A stretch of 64,000 nt of DNA from an uncultured Candidatus Rokubacteria bacterium (GCA_963771355.1 CAVYTA010000006.1:160001-224000), one strand, 5' to 3'. Shown: positions 10,858 through 21,094, counted from the stretch's first letter. Notes: a model not told the origin generated them from the letters alone. A program made the numbers and translations.

Positions 10858-11688
10858 ATGACACGTCACCGGTGGGTCCTCCTGGCCGCGCTGCTGTGCG
10901 CGGCTCCCGTCGCGATCCCGACCCCCTCGGCGGCCCAGGGCGGCATCGAGCGCCTCTACGTGCTCGATTGCGGCCAGAACGTCGGCCGGGACCAGGCGCG
11001 CTGGTCGCCGGGCGTCAACGAGGGCAAGCCCATCGAGTTCTCCGACAACTGCTACCTCATCCGCCACGCCAAGGGGCTCTTGCTGTGGGATACGGGCGTG
11101 CCGGACGCCGTCGCCGCGATGCCGGACGGCATGGTGGTGGGGGGCGGTGCCCTCACCTATCGTCGCGCGAAGACGCTGGCCGCCCAGCTCGCCGAGCTCG
11201 GCGTCAAGCCCGCGGAGGTCAGTTACGTCGCCGTCTCGCACACCCATGGCGACCACATCGGTAATCTGGGGCTCTTCCCGTCCTCCACCATCCTCATCCA
11301 GGGCGCGGAGTACGACTGGGCCATGGGGCTCCCCACCAAGCCGGCGTTCGTGGCCACGCAGACGATCGAGAAGCTCGCGGGCGATCGGGACGTGTTCGGC
11401 GACGGGAGCGTCACCATCCTCTCCACCCCCGGCCATACGCCGGGCCATCAGTCGCTGCTGGTGGTACTGCCGAAGACCGGCGCGCTGGTGCTGTCCGGGG
11501 ACGCCGTCCACTTCCGGGACAACTGGGAGCAGCGCCGCGTGCCGTCGATGAACGTGAATCGCGACCAGACGCTCGCCTCGCTGGAGCGCCTTGCCTCGGT
11601 GCTGGCGGAGCGGAAGGCGACCCTCTGGATCAACCATGACCGGGCGCAGAGCGCCACCCTGCGCTACGCGCCCGCCTTCTACGAGTAG
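10858..11688 (+). CDS. N-acyl homoserine lactonase-family metallo-beta-lactamase-fold protein with signal peptide
   Basis: SHTHGDHIG (HxHxDH), TPGHTPGHQS, LSGDAVH, INHD; hydrophobic leader ending near SAA-Q. Confidence 0.85.
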   Translation: MTRHRWVLLAALLCAAPVAIPTPSAAQGGIERLYVLDCGQNVGRDQARWSPGVNEGKPIEFSDNCYLIRHAKGLLLWDTGVPDAVAAMPDGMVVGGGALTYRRAKTLAAQLAELGVKPAEVSYVAVSHTHGDHIGNLGLFPSSTILIQGAEYDWAMGLPTKPAFVATQTIEKLAGDRDVFGDGSVTILSTPGHTPGHQSLLVVLPKTGALVLSGDAVHFRDNWEQRRVPSMNVNRDQTLASLERLASVLAERKATLWINHDRAQSATLRYAPAFYE

Positions 11689-11694
11689 CGCGCG

Positions 11695-12933
11695 GTGGAC
11701 TACAAGACCCTCGTGCAGGACGACCGCATCCACGCGTCCCTGTACACCGACCCGCGCGTCTTCGAGGACGAGATGGAACGGATCTTCCATCGCGGCTGGG
11801 TCTTCGTGGGCCACGCCAGCGAGGTCCCGGGGCCGGGCGACTATGTCACACGCCGCCTCGGCCGGGAGCCGGTCATCATGGTGCGCGGGAAGGACGGCGC
11901 CGTCGAGGTGCTCGTCAACCGCTGCATGCACCGCGGCACCCTGCTGTGCGCGGCCGAGCGGGGGAGCGCGCGGACCTTCGCCTGCCCGTACCACGGCTGG
12001 ACCTATGACCTCGACGGCGCGCTGCTCGGGGTGCCCTATCCCGGCGGCTACGCGGCGCTGGACAAGGGCGCGCACGGGCTGACCCGTCCGCCGCGCGTGT
12101 CCGCCTATCGCGGCTTCGTCTTCGCGAGCCTCCACCCGGACGGCCCCACGCTGGCCGAGCACCTGGGCCCCGCCACCCGGCTGATCGACCGCTCCTGCGA
12201 TCTGGCGCCCGCGGGCGAGATCGAGCTCACCGCGGGCTGGGTCAAGCACCGCTGCGCCGCGAACTGGAAGATGCTGCCCGAGAACGACAGCGACGGCTAC
12301 CACCTTGGCTTCGTGCACGCCGCGCTCTTCAAGACCGTCCGCACCCAGTATCAGCGGGTGGTGGGCGACGAGAAGTCCATCAAGGCGGTGGTGCGGGACT
12401 GGGGCGGCGGCCACATCGAGATCGACTGGTCACCCGGCTACGAGACGCCCTTCGAGTGGATCGGCGGGGCCTCGGGCGCGGCGGTGGCCGACTTCGTCGA
12501 GGCGCTGGAGCGCCGGGACGGACCCGCCGTGGCCCGCCGGCGGTTCATGGAGGGGCCGGCGCACGCCCTCATCTTCCCCAATTTATTCCTGGGCGAGACC
12601 AATGTTGCCATCGTAGAGCCGCTCTCCGTCGAGGAGTGCGTGCACTGGCACACGCCGATGTTCCTCAAGGGCGCGCCCCAGCTCAACCACCGCCTCCTGC
12701 GCATGGCGGAGGCGGGCATGGGCCCGGCATCCTTCCTGATGCCGGAGGATCTGATCATCGCGAGCCGGAACCAGCTGGGATTGCACGCGCGCACGCCGGA
12801 GTGGCTCCTGCTGAGCCGCGGGCTCAACCGTGAGGTGGTGGACGCCGAGGGCCGCACCGTCTCGCACGTCACCGACGAGACGACCAATCGCGGCTTCTGG
12901 CACCACTTCCGGACCGTGATGTCGGAGCCCTGA
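11695..12933 (+). CDS. Rieske ring-hydroxylating oxygenase alpha subunit
   Basis: CMHRG and CPYHGW Rieske ligands; NWK..ENDSDGYHLGFVH mononuclear Fe motif; DETTNRGFW. Confidence 0.93.
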   Translation: MDYKTLVQDDRIHASLYTDPRVFEDEMERIFHRGWVFVGHASEVPGPGDYVTRRLGREPVIMVRGKDGAVEVLVNRCMHRGTLLCAAERGSARTFACPYHGWTYDLDGALLGVPYPGGYAALDKGAHGLTRPPRVSAYRGFVFASLHPDGPTLAEHLGPATRLIDRSCDLAPAGEIELTAGWVKHRCAANWKMLPENDSDGYHLGFVHAALFKTVRTQYQRVVGDEKSIKAVVRDWGGGHIEIDWSPGYETPFEWIGGASGAAVADFVEALERRDGPAVARRRFMEGPAHALIFPNLFLGETNVAIVEPLSVEECVHWHTPMFLKGAPQLNHRLLRMAEAGMGPASFLMPEDLIIASRNQLGLHARTPEWLLLSRGLNREVVDAEGRTVSHVTDETTNRGFWHHFRTVMSEP

Positions 12934-12949
12934 GAGCCGGCCCGCCCTC

Positions 12950-13441
12950 ATGCTCTCCGACTCCGACTACCGCGCGGTGGAGGACTTCCTCTACCGCGAA
13001 GCCCGGCTCGCCGACGAGGCCCGCTACGCGGACTGGCTGGCGCTCTGGACCGACGACGGCGTGTACTGGGTGCCCGCCACCACCGCGCCCGGTGTCGATC
13101 CCGACCGGCATCTCTCGCATATCTACGATAACCGCGCGCGGCTGGACACTCGCGTCAAGCTCCTTCAAACCGGCCAGCGCTATAGCCAGGAGCCCGCGTC
13201 CCGGATGCGGCGGCTCATCTCCAACATCGAGGCGCGCCAGGCCGAGGGCGGCGAGCTCGTGGCCGAGTCCAACTTCCTCATCGCAGAGCTGGCCATCCAG
13301 GCGAAGCACGAAGTCCACTGGTGGGTGGGCCGCGCCACGCATCGGCTGCGCCGCGTGGACGGTGCGCTCCGGATGAGCGGAAAGACCGTGGTCCTGATCA
13401 ATGCGGCCGAGCCGCTCCCGAACCTCTCCTTCCTGATCTGA
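12950..13441 (+). CDS. Ring-hydroxylating dioxygenase beta subunit
   Basis: FLYREARLADE, WLALWTDDGVYWVP, SQEPASRMRRLISN. Confidence 0.92.
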   Translation: MLSDSDYRAVEDFLYREARLADEARYADWLALWTDDGVYWVPATTAPGVDPDRHLSHIYDNRARLDTRVKLLQTGQRYSQEPASRMRRLISNIEARQAEGGELVAESNFLIAELAIQAKHEVHWWVGRATHRLRRVDGALRMSGKTVVLINAAEPLPNLSFLI

Positions 13442-13451
13442 GGCGGCCAGC

Positions 13452-14330
13452 ATGCTCACCCGTATCGACCACGTCATGATCTGCGTGCCGGAGCTGTCCG
13501 CCGGCATCGAGGCCTATCGCCGCATCGGCTTCGACATCTATCCCGGCGGCGAGCATGCCGGCCGCGGGACACACAATGCCATCGCGTTTCACGGGGAGGA
13601 CTACCTGGAGCTGCTGAGTCCTCGCCCGGGCGGGCCCGCGCCCGTGCCCGACAGCTCCGAGGCCCGGCTCGCCGAGTTCCTGCGCGGGGGAGCCGGCTTC
13701 CGCTACATCGCGATCCAGAGTGACGACCTGGTCGCCGACGTGGCGGCCATGCGCGGGCGCGGCGTCCAGGTGAGCGATCCCGTCGTGGGCGGGCGGACGA
13801 CCCTCGCCGCCCAGGAGCTGCGCTGGTACTCGGCGGCGCTGGGCCCGCGCCATCCGCTGCCCATCTTCTTCATCCAGCACCTCACCTCCCTGGACGAGCG
13901 GCGGCGGCAGGTGCCGCGGGTAGGCAAGCACCCGAACGGCGTGCAGCACGCCGAGCGCGTGTACGTCGCGGTGCCCGACGTGGTGACGGCCGCGGAGCAG
14001 CTCGGGCGCGTGCTGGGGCTGCCGATGCCGACGATTCAGCGCGGGGCCGTCATCAAGGCCGACATGGCGGTGTTCGACCTCGGCCCCACCGGTCTCACCG
14101 TGGCCCAGCCCGCCGAGCCGGGCCCCGCTGCGGAGGCGCTCGCGCGCCGCGGGCCGGGTCCGTTCCAGGTGCTCTACCGCACGCGCAGCATGGAGGCGGC
14201 CGCGCGCTGGATGGCCGACCACGGCCTGCCGCCACCGGCGCGCGGGGTCCGCAATACCGGCGAGCAGGCCATGCTGGTCGGCCCGGCCGAGGCCTGCGGC
14301 GCCTATATCGGACTGGTAGGGCCCGCGTAA
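13452..14330 (+). CDS. VOC-family (glyoxalase_3-like) protein
   Basis: IDHVMICV, GGEHAGRGTHNAI, YLELL, PIFFIQH, HPNGV. Confidence 0.8.
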   Translation: MLTRIDHVMICVPELSAGIEAYRRIGFDIYPGGEHAGRGTHNAIAFHGEDYLELLSPRPGGPAPVPDSSEARLAEFLRGGAGFRYIAIQSDDLVADVAAMRGRGVQVSDPVVGGRTTLAAQELRWYSAALGPRHPLPIFFIQHLTSLDERRRQVPRVGKHPNGVQHAERVYVAVPDVVTAAEQLGRVLGLPMPTIQRGAVIKADMAVFDLGPTGLTVAQPAEPGPAAEALARRGPGPFQVLYRTRSMEAAARWMADHGLPPPARGVRNTGEQAMLVGPAEACGAYIGLVGPA

Positions 14331-14352
14331 GCGGCCCGGCTCAAAGGAGGGG

Positions 14353-15178
14353 ATGCACCATAGTCATCGTCGACGCGCAGGTGCACATCTGGAGCCGCGG
14401 CAAGCCGACCAATCCGAACCACCGCCAGGTGCCGGTCTACTCCAAGGACGACGTGCTCCGGGAGATGGCCGAGGCGGGGGTGGATGCGGCGATCATCCAT
14501 CCGCCCGCCTCCTGGGATCCCGACTCGAACGAGCTGGCGGTGGAGGCCGCCCGCCAGCACCCCGACCGCTTCGCCATCCTGGGTAATTTCCCCATCGAGC
14601 GGCCGGAAAGCCGCGCGCTGGTCGAAGGCTGGAAGCGGCGGCCCGGTATGCTCGGCCTGCGCTTCGTGTTCCTCCAGCCGCATCAGCGGAGCTGGCCCAC
14701 CGACGGCACCATCGACTGGCTGTGGCCCGCCGCCGAGCGTGCGGGCCTGCCGGTCGCGCTCCACGCGTCGCACTTCATGCCCAAGGTGGGGCAGGTGGCG
14801 GAGCAGTACCCGGGCCTCAAGCTCATCGTGGATCATCTCGGCCGCACGTCCGGAACCAAGGACGCCGCCGCCTGGGCGACCCTGCCCGAGATGCTCGCCC
14901 TGGCGAAGTATCCGAACGTCGCCATCAAGGCCACCGGCGCGCCCAGCTACTCCAGCGAGCCCTACCCGTACCGCAATATCCACGCCCACCTGCGGCAGAT
15001 CTACGACGCCTTCGGCCCCGAGCGCATGTTCTGGGGCACGGATATCACGCGCATGCCCTGCTCGTGGCGGCAGTGCGTGACGCTCTTCACGGAGGAGCTG
15101 CCCTGGCTGACCGCCCGCGACAAGGAGCTGATCATGGGGCGCGCCGTCTGCGACTGGCTCGGCTGGAAGCGCGCGTGA
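14353..15178 (+). CDS. Amidohydrolase_2-family protein (LigI/lactonase-like), apparent 1-nt indel just after the start
   Basis: RBS GGAGG + ATG 14353; in-frame IVDAQVHIW lies upstream of the called start; GLRF, IVDHLG, ERMFWGTD. Confidence 0.82.
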
Positions 15179-15191
15179 GCGGAGGAGACCG

Positions 15192-15767
15192 CTAGGGCAG
15201 AAGCGCGGCCACCCCGACGCGCACCGAGGGCAGCGCCAGGGGCGAGACGACGTCGGCCCGCTGCAGCCGCCGGGCGACGCGGTACCGCCAGCCATAGAGT
15301 GCCGTCGGGTCCGGCTCGGGCTCGCGGTATACCTCGAGGACGCCATCGACGAGGTTCACGATCCAGTAGTCGCCAATGCCTGCGCGCGCGTAGAGGCTGC
15401 CCTTTTCGCTTCGGTCGAAGGTCAGGCTCGATTCCGAGACCTCGACGACGAGAGCGGGGCGCGACGGATGCGCCGCACGGTACTCGGCCCATTCGCCCGG
15501 CACCACCGCCAGGTCGGGCTCAGGCTCGGACTCGTCATCGAGGGCCACCGGGAGCTGGACCCGCACCAGCCATCCCGGCGGCAATGCCGCGCGCAGCGCA
15601 TCACCGGCGGCGCCGAGGGTGCTCGCGTGGTAGCTGCCATGCGGCTCCGCGACGACCAAGTGTCCCCCGATCAGCTCCACCGGCTCCCGGTCGAGCATAC
15701 CCAGCTCCACGATCCGGTCGTACTCGGCTCGAGTCCAGCGCCTCAGGGTCAGGGGAGCCTGCTTCAT
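15192..15767 (-). CDS. Uma2/DUF820-family PD-(D/E)xK endonuclease-fold protein
   Basis: VELIGG, EPEPDLAVV, LVVEVSESSL..DR..K..LYARAGI..YWIVNL. Confidence 0.9.
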   Translation of the reverse strand: MKQAPLTLRRWTRAEYDRIVELGMLDREPVELIGGHLVVAEPHGSYHASTLGAAGDALRAALPPGWLVRVQLPVALDDESEPEPDLAVVPGEWAEYRAAHPSRPALVVEVSESSLTFDRSEKGSLYARAGIGDYWIVNLVDGVLEVYREPEPDPTALYGWRYRVARRLQRADVVSPLALPSVRVGVAALLP

Positions 15768-15819
15768 CGATCCAACGGTATGCCTCCCGCGCCCTCGGCG
15801 TCAATGCCGTGGGATGGAT

Positions 15820-15849
15820 ACACGGGCTCGAATCCCGTTGGGGCCACCA
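15820..15849 (+). other. 3' fragment of a tRNA (tRNA-Glu-like), probable att-site remnant
   Basis: ACACGGG-CTCGAAT-CCCGT-TGGGGCC-A-CCA gives a T-stem/loop (TTC changed to CTC), acceptor 3' strand and CCA; no 5' half upstream. Confidence 0.7.
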
Positions 15850-16080
15850 CTGCTTAGTCAATTGGTTTTTCAGCAAACGAGTCACGAGCCCGTTGAGAAT
15901 CGGGTCGAGCCGGCCTTCGCCGCGCAATTCGTACAAGCGGTCACCTGCCGGCGTCGTGACGGGCAGAACACGAGCCGCTCCGCACGGGCTTAAAGACCGT
16001 CTGGCGCGCCTGTGCGGCATTCCCCAGGAGGGCCCGCGGCGCCCCTCTCAAGTCCGGCGCCGCCACGCCCTGATCAGATC
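15850..16080 (-). pseudogene. Probable C-terminal remnant of a large serine recombinase
   Basis: Two frames give ..RALLGNAAQARQTVFKP.. and ..TPAGDRLYELRGEGRLDPILNGLV.., running into the tRNA fragment (WWPQRDSSP); resemblance recalled, not searched. Confidence 0.4.
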
Positions 16081-16322
16081 GGCTCGGGGGCGCGGCGGAC
16101 GCTGTCGTGCCTGCGCAGCGAGGCGCCATCGGCGCTATCCGGCCGCCCCGCCGGCCGGTTGACGGCGGCATGTTCCGGCATAGCATGCCCCTTACCCGGC
16201 CGGCTCGCTCGACGTGTGAAGAGACCGTTAATGTGCGCTGTGCTGCGGCTACTGAGGAAGGCCCGCCCGCCGCGGTGCTTCGGCTCCTGGGACGGCCGGG
16301 CGTCCGAGTCCGGCGCCATATG

Positions 16323-16380
16323 TCGGGTAGACGGAGACCAAGAACGCACAGTATGATCGGGTTGACGGAGACCAAGAACG
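16323..16380 (+). repeat. 24-bp direct repeat (34-bp period) overlapping a putative promoter
   Basis: TCGGGTAGACGGAGACCAAGAACG at 16323 and TCGGGTTGACGGAGACCAAGAACG at 16357; TAGACG-18 nt-TATGAT inside. Confidence 0.8.
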
Positions 16381-16420
16381 GGGCGACCGCCGCCGCCCGC
16401 ACGCTCGGAGGGGGGGCTTC

Positions 16421-19400
16421 ATGCCGCCTGCCAAGACGACCCGTCCCTTCCTGGCAGCCACGGTAGCCCGGCCGCGCCTGTTCCGCCGGCTGGACCGCGC
16501 AGGACGGCGGCCGGTGACGTGGGTGTGGGGACCGCCCGGCGCCGGGAAGACAACGCGGGTCGCCAGCTACCTCGCCGCCCGAGGCTGAGCGGGCTGCTGG
16601 TATCAGGTGGACGCCGGCGACGGTGACGTCGCGTCTTTCTTCTACTACCTCGGCCATGCTGCCCCGCGGCGCCGGCGACCGCTGCCGCTGCTGATGCCCG
16701 AGTATCGCCATGGGCTCACCATCTTCGCGCGCCGATACTTCCGCGAGCTCTACGCTCGACTGAAGACGCCATTCACGGTGGTCTTCGACAACTACCAGGA
16801 GGCCCCCGGCGACGCTCCGCTGCACGAGGTGATGGGGTACGCGCTCGACGAGATCCCGGCGGGCGGGCGCGTGATCGTGATCAGCCGCAGCGAGCCTCCC
16901 CGGATCTCGCCCGCCACCGCGCCCGGCGCATGCTCGAGATCGTGGACTGGCCCGAGCTTCGCTTCACCGCGCACGGAAGCCACCGCGTTGGTACGGAAGC
17001 TCGCCCCCCGCCCGTGGGCCGCCGAGACGATCCGCTCGCTCGCACGCCTCGCGCGGACGGCTGGGTGGCCGGTCTCGTGCTGCGCCTCGAGCAGGCTCGC
17101 AGCGACCCCGGGCCCGAGGGCCGCGGCCGTCCTCGGAGGTGCTGTTCGACTACTTCGCGGGCGAGATCTTCAGCATCTCCGATCCCGAGACGCAGGACGT
17201 GCTGCTCCGGACCGCGTTCCTGCCGCGGGTGACGGCGTCGATGGCGGAGCAGCTCACCGGGCAGCCGAGGGCTGGTGAGATCTTGCGCCGCACTCCACGC
17301 GCGCAACTACTTCACGAACCGACAGGCCGACGACGGCGAGGCCACGTACGAGTACCATCCGCTGTTCCGCGACTTTCTCCTGTCGCAGGCGATGCGGGTC
17401 TACGGACCCGAGGCCGCGAGCGAAGATCCGGCGGGCGGCGGCGGGCCTTCTCGACGCCGCCGGGCTGATCGAGGCGGCGGCCGGCCTCCTGCGTGACGCC
17501 GAGGACTGGGAAGGGCTCGCGCAGCTGATTCACCGCCACGCCCAGAGCCTGCTGGCCCAGGGTCGTGCCCAGACACTGCAGGAGTGGCTGGACTGCATCC
17601 CGGACGCGATCCTCGGCGAGCAGCCATGGCTCCTGTTCTGGCGCGGTATCGGCTGGCTGGGTCGGCGCCACGCCGACTCACGGCGCAGCCTGGAGCGGGC
17701 GTTCACGGCGTTCCGCATCCACGGTGACACGGTCGGGATGTTCCTGGCCTGGGCGGGCGTGATCTTCGCCCTCATGAGCGAGGGCGAGCTCGTCCCCATG
17801 GACCGCTGGATCGCGCTGCTCGACGAGATCATGCATGAGCGCCGCCTTTCCCGTCGAAGGGCGTCGAGACTCGCGTGGCGACCGCCATGCTCATCGCGCT
17901 CGCGTTCCGGCAGCCGCACCATCCCCGAGCGCGCGACTGGGCCCAGCGGGCGATCGAGATGGCGAGGCACCATCCGGACCCGGCCCTCCGGACGATGGCC
18001 GCCGCCGGGTGGCTGCAGTACCAGATGCAGCAGGGCGACCTGTCGAACGCGACGGGCGTGGTCGACGAGATGCGGGCTCTCCTGCGCACCCGCGACGTCT
18101 CCCCGGTCATGGCGGTGAACGCCAGCATGACGGTGGCGTGGTACGAGGCGTTGAAGGCGGTGCCGTCGTACCGGGACACCGTGAGCCAGGTGATCGAACG
18201 AGCGCAGGCGACGGGAATCTTCTACAGCGCACGACACGTGGTACTCAGTGCTGGCCTTCTGGGGGCCCTGAGCGACGGGGATCTCGAGACCGCGGCCAGG
18301 TGGCTTCGCCAGCTGGAACGGGACGTTCACCTCCTGGGACCGATGTTCCGGTTCCTGCTTCACTGGTTCCTCGTCTGGGAGCCCTCGTCCGGCAGGACAT
18401 CCCGCGGGCGGGCGCGTCCAGCCCGAGATGCTCAGGTGCCGTGCTCGATGGGCAGCTCCTGGACGAGGCGGTCGGCCAGGCTTGGAACGGCCCACGAGCT
18501 GCACCGAATGGACAGCACGGAGAGGCGCGGGAGCACCTGGCGCGCGGGCTCGAGATCGCGCGCGTCACGGGCAGCGCCTAGTCGAGTTCATGGCACGTCA
18601 GACCGAGGCGCACTCGGTCTGGACGGCACCCGGGCGGCGAAGGCTGCGGGCGCTCGCCACCGCGATGGCGCTGGGACGCGAGCGGGGCTACGTCAACTCG
18701 CACATCTGGCTGCCGGCCGTCATGGCCCGCCTGTGCGCGCGCGCGCTCGGCGCGGGCATCGAGGTGGAGTACGTGCGTGGCCTCGTCCAGCGGCGTGGCC
18801 TCGTCCCGGAGACTCCGCCGCTGGAGGTCGAGACGTGGCCCTGGCCCATCAAGATCTTCGCGCTCGGACAGCTCGAAGTCCTCCGCGATGGTGAGCCGGT
18901 TCGGTTCGCCCACAAGGTCCAGCGCAAGCCACTGGCCCTGCTCAAGGCACTGATCGCCTTCGGTGGTCGCGCGGTCCGCGAGGACCTCGTGATGGACGCG
19001 CTCTGGCCCGATGCCGACGGCGATGCCGCTCGGGTAGCGCTGGCGAGCGCGCTGCACCGGCTGCGAAGACTCCTCGGCCACGAGCCGGCCATCCGCAGGC
19101 AGGAAGGCCAGCTGAGCCTGGACGCCCGACGGTGCTGGGTAGACGTCTGGGCCGTCGAGCGCCTGCTGGAACGCGCCGAGTCCGCCGCCGATCCCAGGCC
19201 GTCACGCGACGGGCGCTCGATCTCTGCCGGGGCGCATCGCTCGATGGGCGCGGGGGAGAGATTCCGCAGATGTCGGCGCTGGTCGACAGGCTGCGTCGGC
19301 GCCTGCTCCGACAGCTCGTTCGCATCGGGCAACAGTGCGCGCAGGCAGCGCAGTGGCAGGAGGCGGTGGATTGGTACGACGAGGCCATCGGCGTGGATCC

Positions 19401-19569
19401 CTCCGCCGAGGATGTCTATCGCCGGCTCATGTCCGCCTACCGCGGCCTGGGCCGGCCCATCGAGGTCGCGGACACCTACCGGCGTTGCCGGGCTGCCCTC
19501 GCCACTCATCTCGGCACGTCGCCGTCGGCCGCGACCCGCGCGCTGCTGGACGCCGCACCTCCCGGATAG
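16421..19569 (+). pseudogene. MalT-like STAND ATPase / TPR / winged-helix-BTAD (SARP-type) transcriptional regulator, multiply frameshifted
   Basis: VARPRLFRRLD, Walker A GPPGAGKTT, WYQVDAGDGD, Walker B VVFDNYQ, GWVAGL, YHPLFRDFL; C-terminal IFALGQLEVLRDG..DALWPD..ALHRLRRLLG..CWVDV and BTAD (EDVYRRLMSAY..G), spread across frames. Confidence 0.85.
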
Positions 19570-19883
19570 CCGGGCCTGCTCTTTTAGCGGGCTGCCACCG
19601 CCATTCCGGCGTCGCCGCAACTACGCTGTTTTGACTCGCCGGACGGCACCTGCCCGTGACGTGTGGCCCGTGAGGTCTCGAGGGACCGCCGCCGTCGATC
19701 CAGTCGAACCGGAACACGATCGGTCATCGCGCAGGGCTAGTGTCGCCAGCATGCACACCCGAAACAGGCCGCACGCGTGAGGGCGGGCGAGGTGCCGCAG
19801 GTGTGCCGTCCGCATGACTGTTTGACCGGGCACAGAGCCCAGCGGGGGCCGACAGGACCTCCCGGGCGTGAGAGGAGAGCGAG

Positions 19884-21073
19884 ATGAAGCTCCGGAAACT
19901 TCCTGCGCTCATCGGTGTGGCCATCTCGACGATGGCCGTCCTGTTCTCGAACTCGCCAAGCGCGGCGCATCTGCTGGCGAGGAGTACCACCGAGGTGCTC
20001 CGCTTCGACGAGATCACAGGTGCGTTCGTCGACGTCTTCATCCCGTTGGGAGACCCCGACGAGTTTCCCCGCATGACTTTCGGTCCGGATGGCGCCTTGT
20101 ATATACCGGTCAACGCCGACGTCCTTCGCTTCAATGGCTTCACCGGGACATTTCCTCGGTGTCTTCGTCCCGGAGGGGAGCGGTGGCCTTCACCTTCCCG
20201 GCAAGGTGGTCTTCGGCCCGGATTGCAGCCTCTACGTGGCGGGCGAGTTTAAGAACGGCGGAGCCGAGGTGCTCCGCTACCAGGGCAAGACGGGAGACTT
20301 CGTGGATGTCTTCGTGCCGCCGGGCAGCGGCGGCCTCGCAGGAATGCGGACATGGTCTTCGGCCCGGATGGCGATCTGTACGTGGGCACCAAAGCGCGGT
20401 GTAGCGGCACGGGGATGTTCTCCGCTACGACGGAAGGACCGGAGAGTTCCTCGGTACATTCGTCCCGGCGGGGGCAGGCGGGCTGAATTTCGCCGACCAC
20501 CTTGCCTTCGGACCGGACGGCAACCTCTACGTGTCGCCCTCGTCTCAGACGAGCTGCCGAGAATCTACAAGTTCGACGGGACCACGGGGGCGTTCCTCGA
20601 TGTGTTCGGCCAGGATCTGGACAGACGACTCCGGTTCAGCCACATCAGCGCGATTGCCTTCGGGCCGGACGGCCTCCTGTACGTCAGCTTGGTGGTTAGC
20701 TTCAGGTTTAGCCTCGAGGCCATCTTTCGGTACGATGCCGAGACCGGAGCCCCCCTCGGCGCTTCATCCAGCGGCGGCGCCGGTCGAGGTCTACTCTCTC
20801 GCGTTCACCCCCAGGCTCGATCTGACGCTGATCGACGACATCGTGGCTCTTTTCGCGATGTCGCCTGCCGTCGGGTTCCGAGGCGAGCCTGAAGCTTAGC
20901 TGCGAAACGCCCGCGTCGCCATCAATGAGGGCCGTCTCATACCCGCGGGTAACGAGCTCAACGCCTTCAAGAACAAGGTCCAGGCGAACACGGGGAATCT
21001 GATCCCGGTGCCCCAGGCGAACCGTATGGTCATCGCCGCCGACGCGCTCAGGAACACGCTGGCCTGCCGGTAG
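19884..21073 (+). pseudogene. Secreted NHL-like beta-propeller repeat protein with FIMAH-like C-terminal domain, multiply frameshifted
   Basis: Signal peptide; about 5-6 repeats of VLR(F/Y)xGxTGxFxxVF..GSGGL..FGPDGxLYV; tail ELNAFKNKVQANTGNLIPVPQANRMVIAADALRNTLACR*. Confidence 0.75.
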
Positions 21074-21094
21074 CGCGGCGGTCAGCCGAGGCCA

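Noticed and set aside
15192..15767. Uma2 nuclease as a restriction or defence system
   Set aside because: Solitary DUF820 genes are common and multicopy; no methylase or partner gene is adjacent.
15770..15849. Complete tRNA gene
   Set aside because: No 5' acceptor strand (GGCCCC), D-arm or anticodon arm at the expected distance; only the 3' 30 nt fit.
16323..16380. Mini CRISPR array
   Set aside because: Only two copies with a 10-nt spacer, no palindrome and no cas genes in the window.
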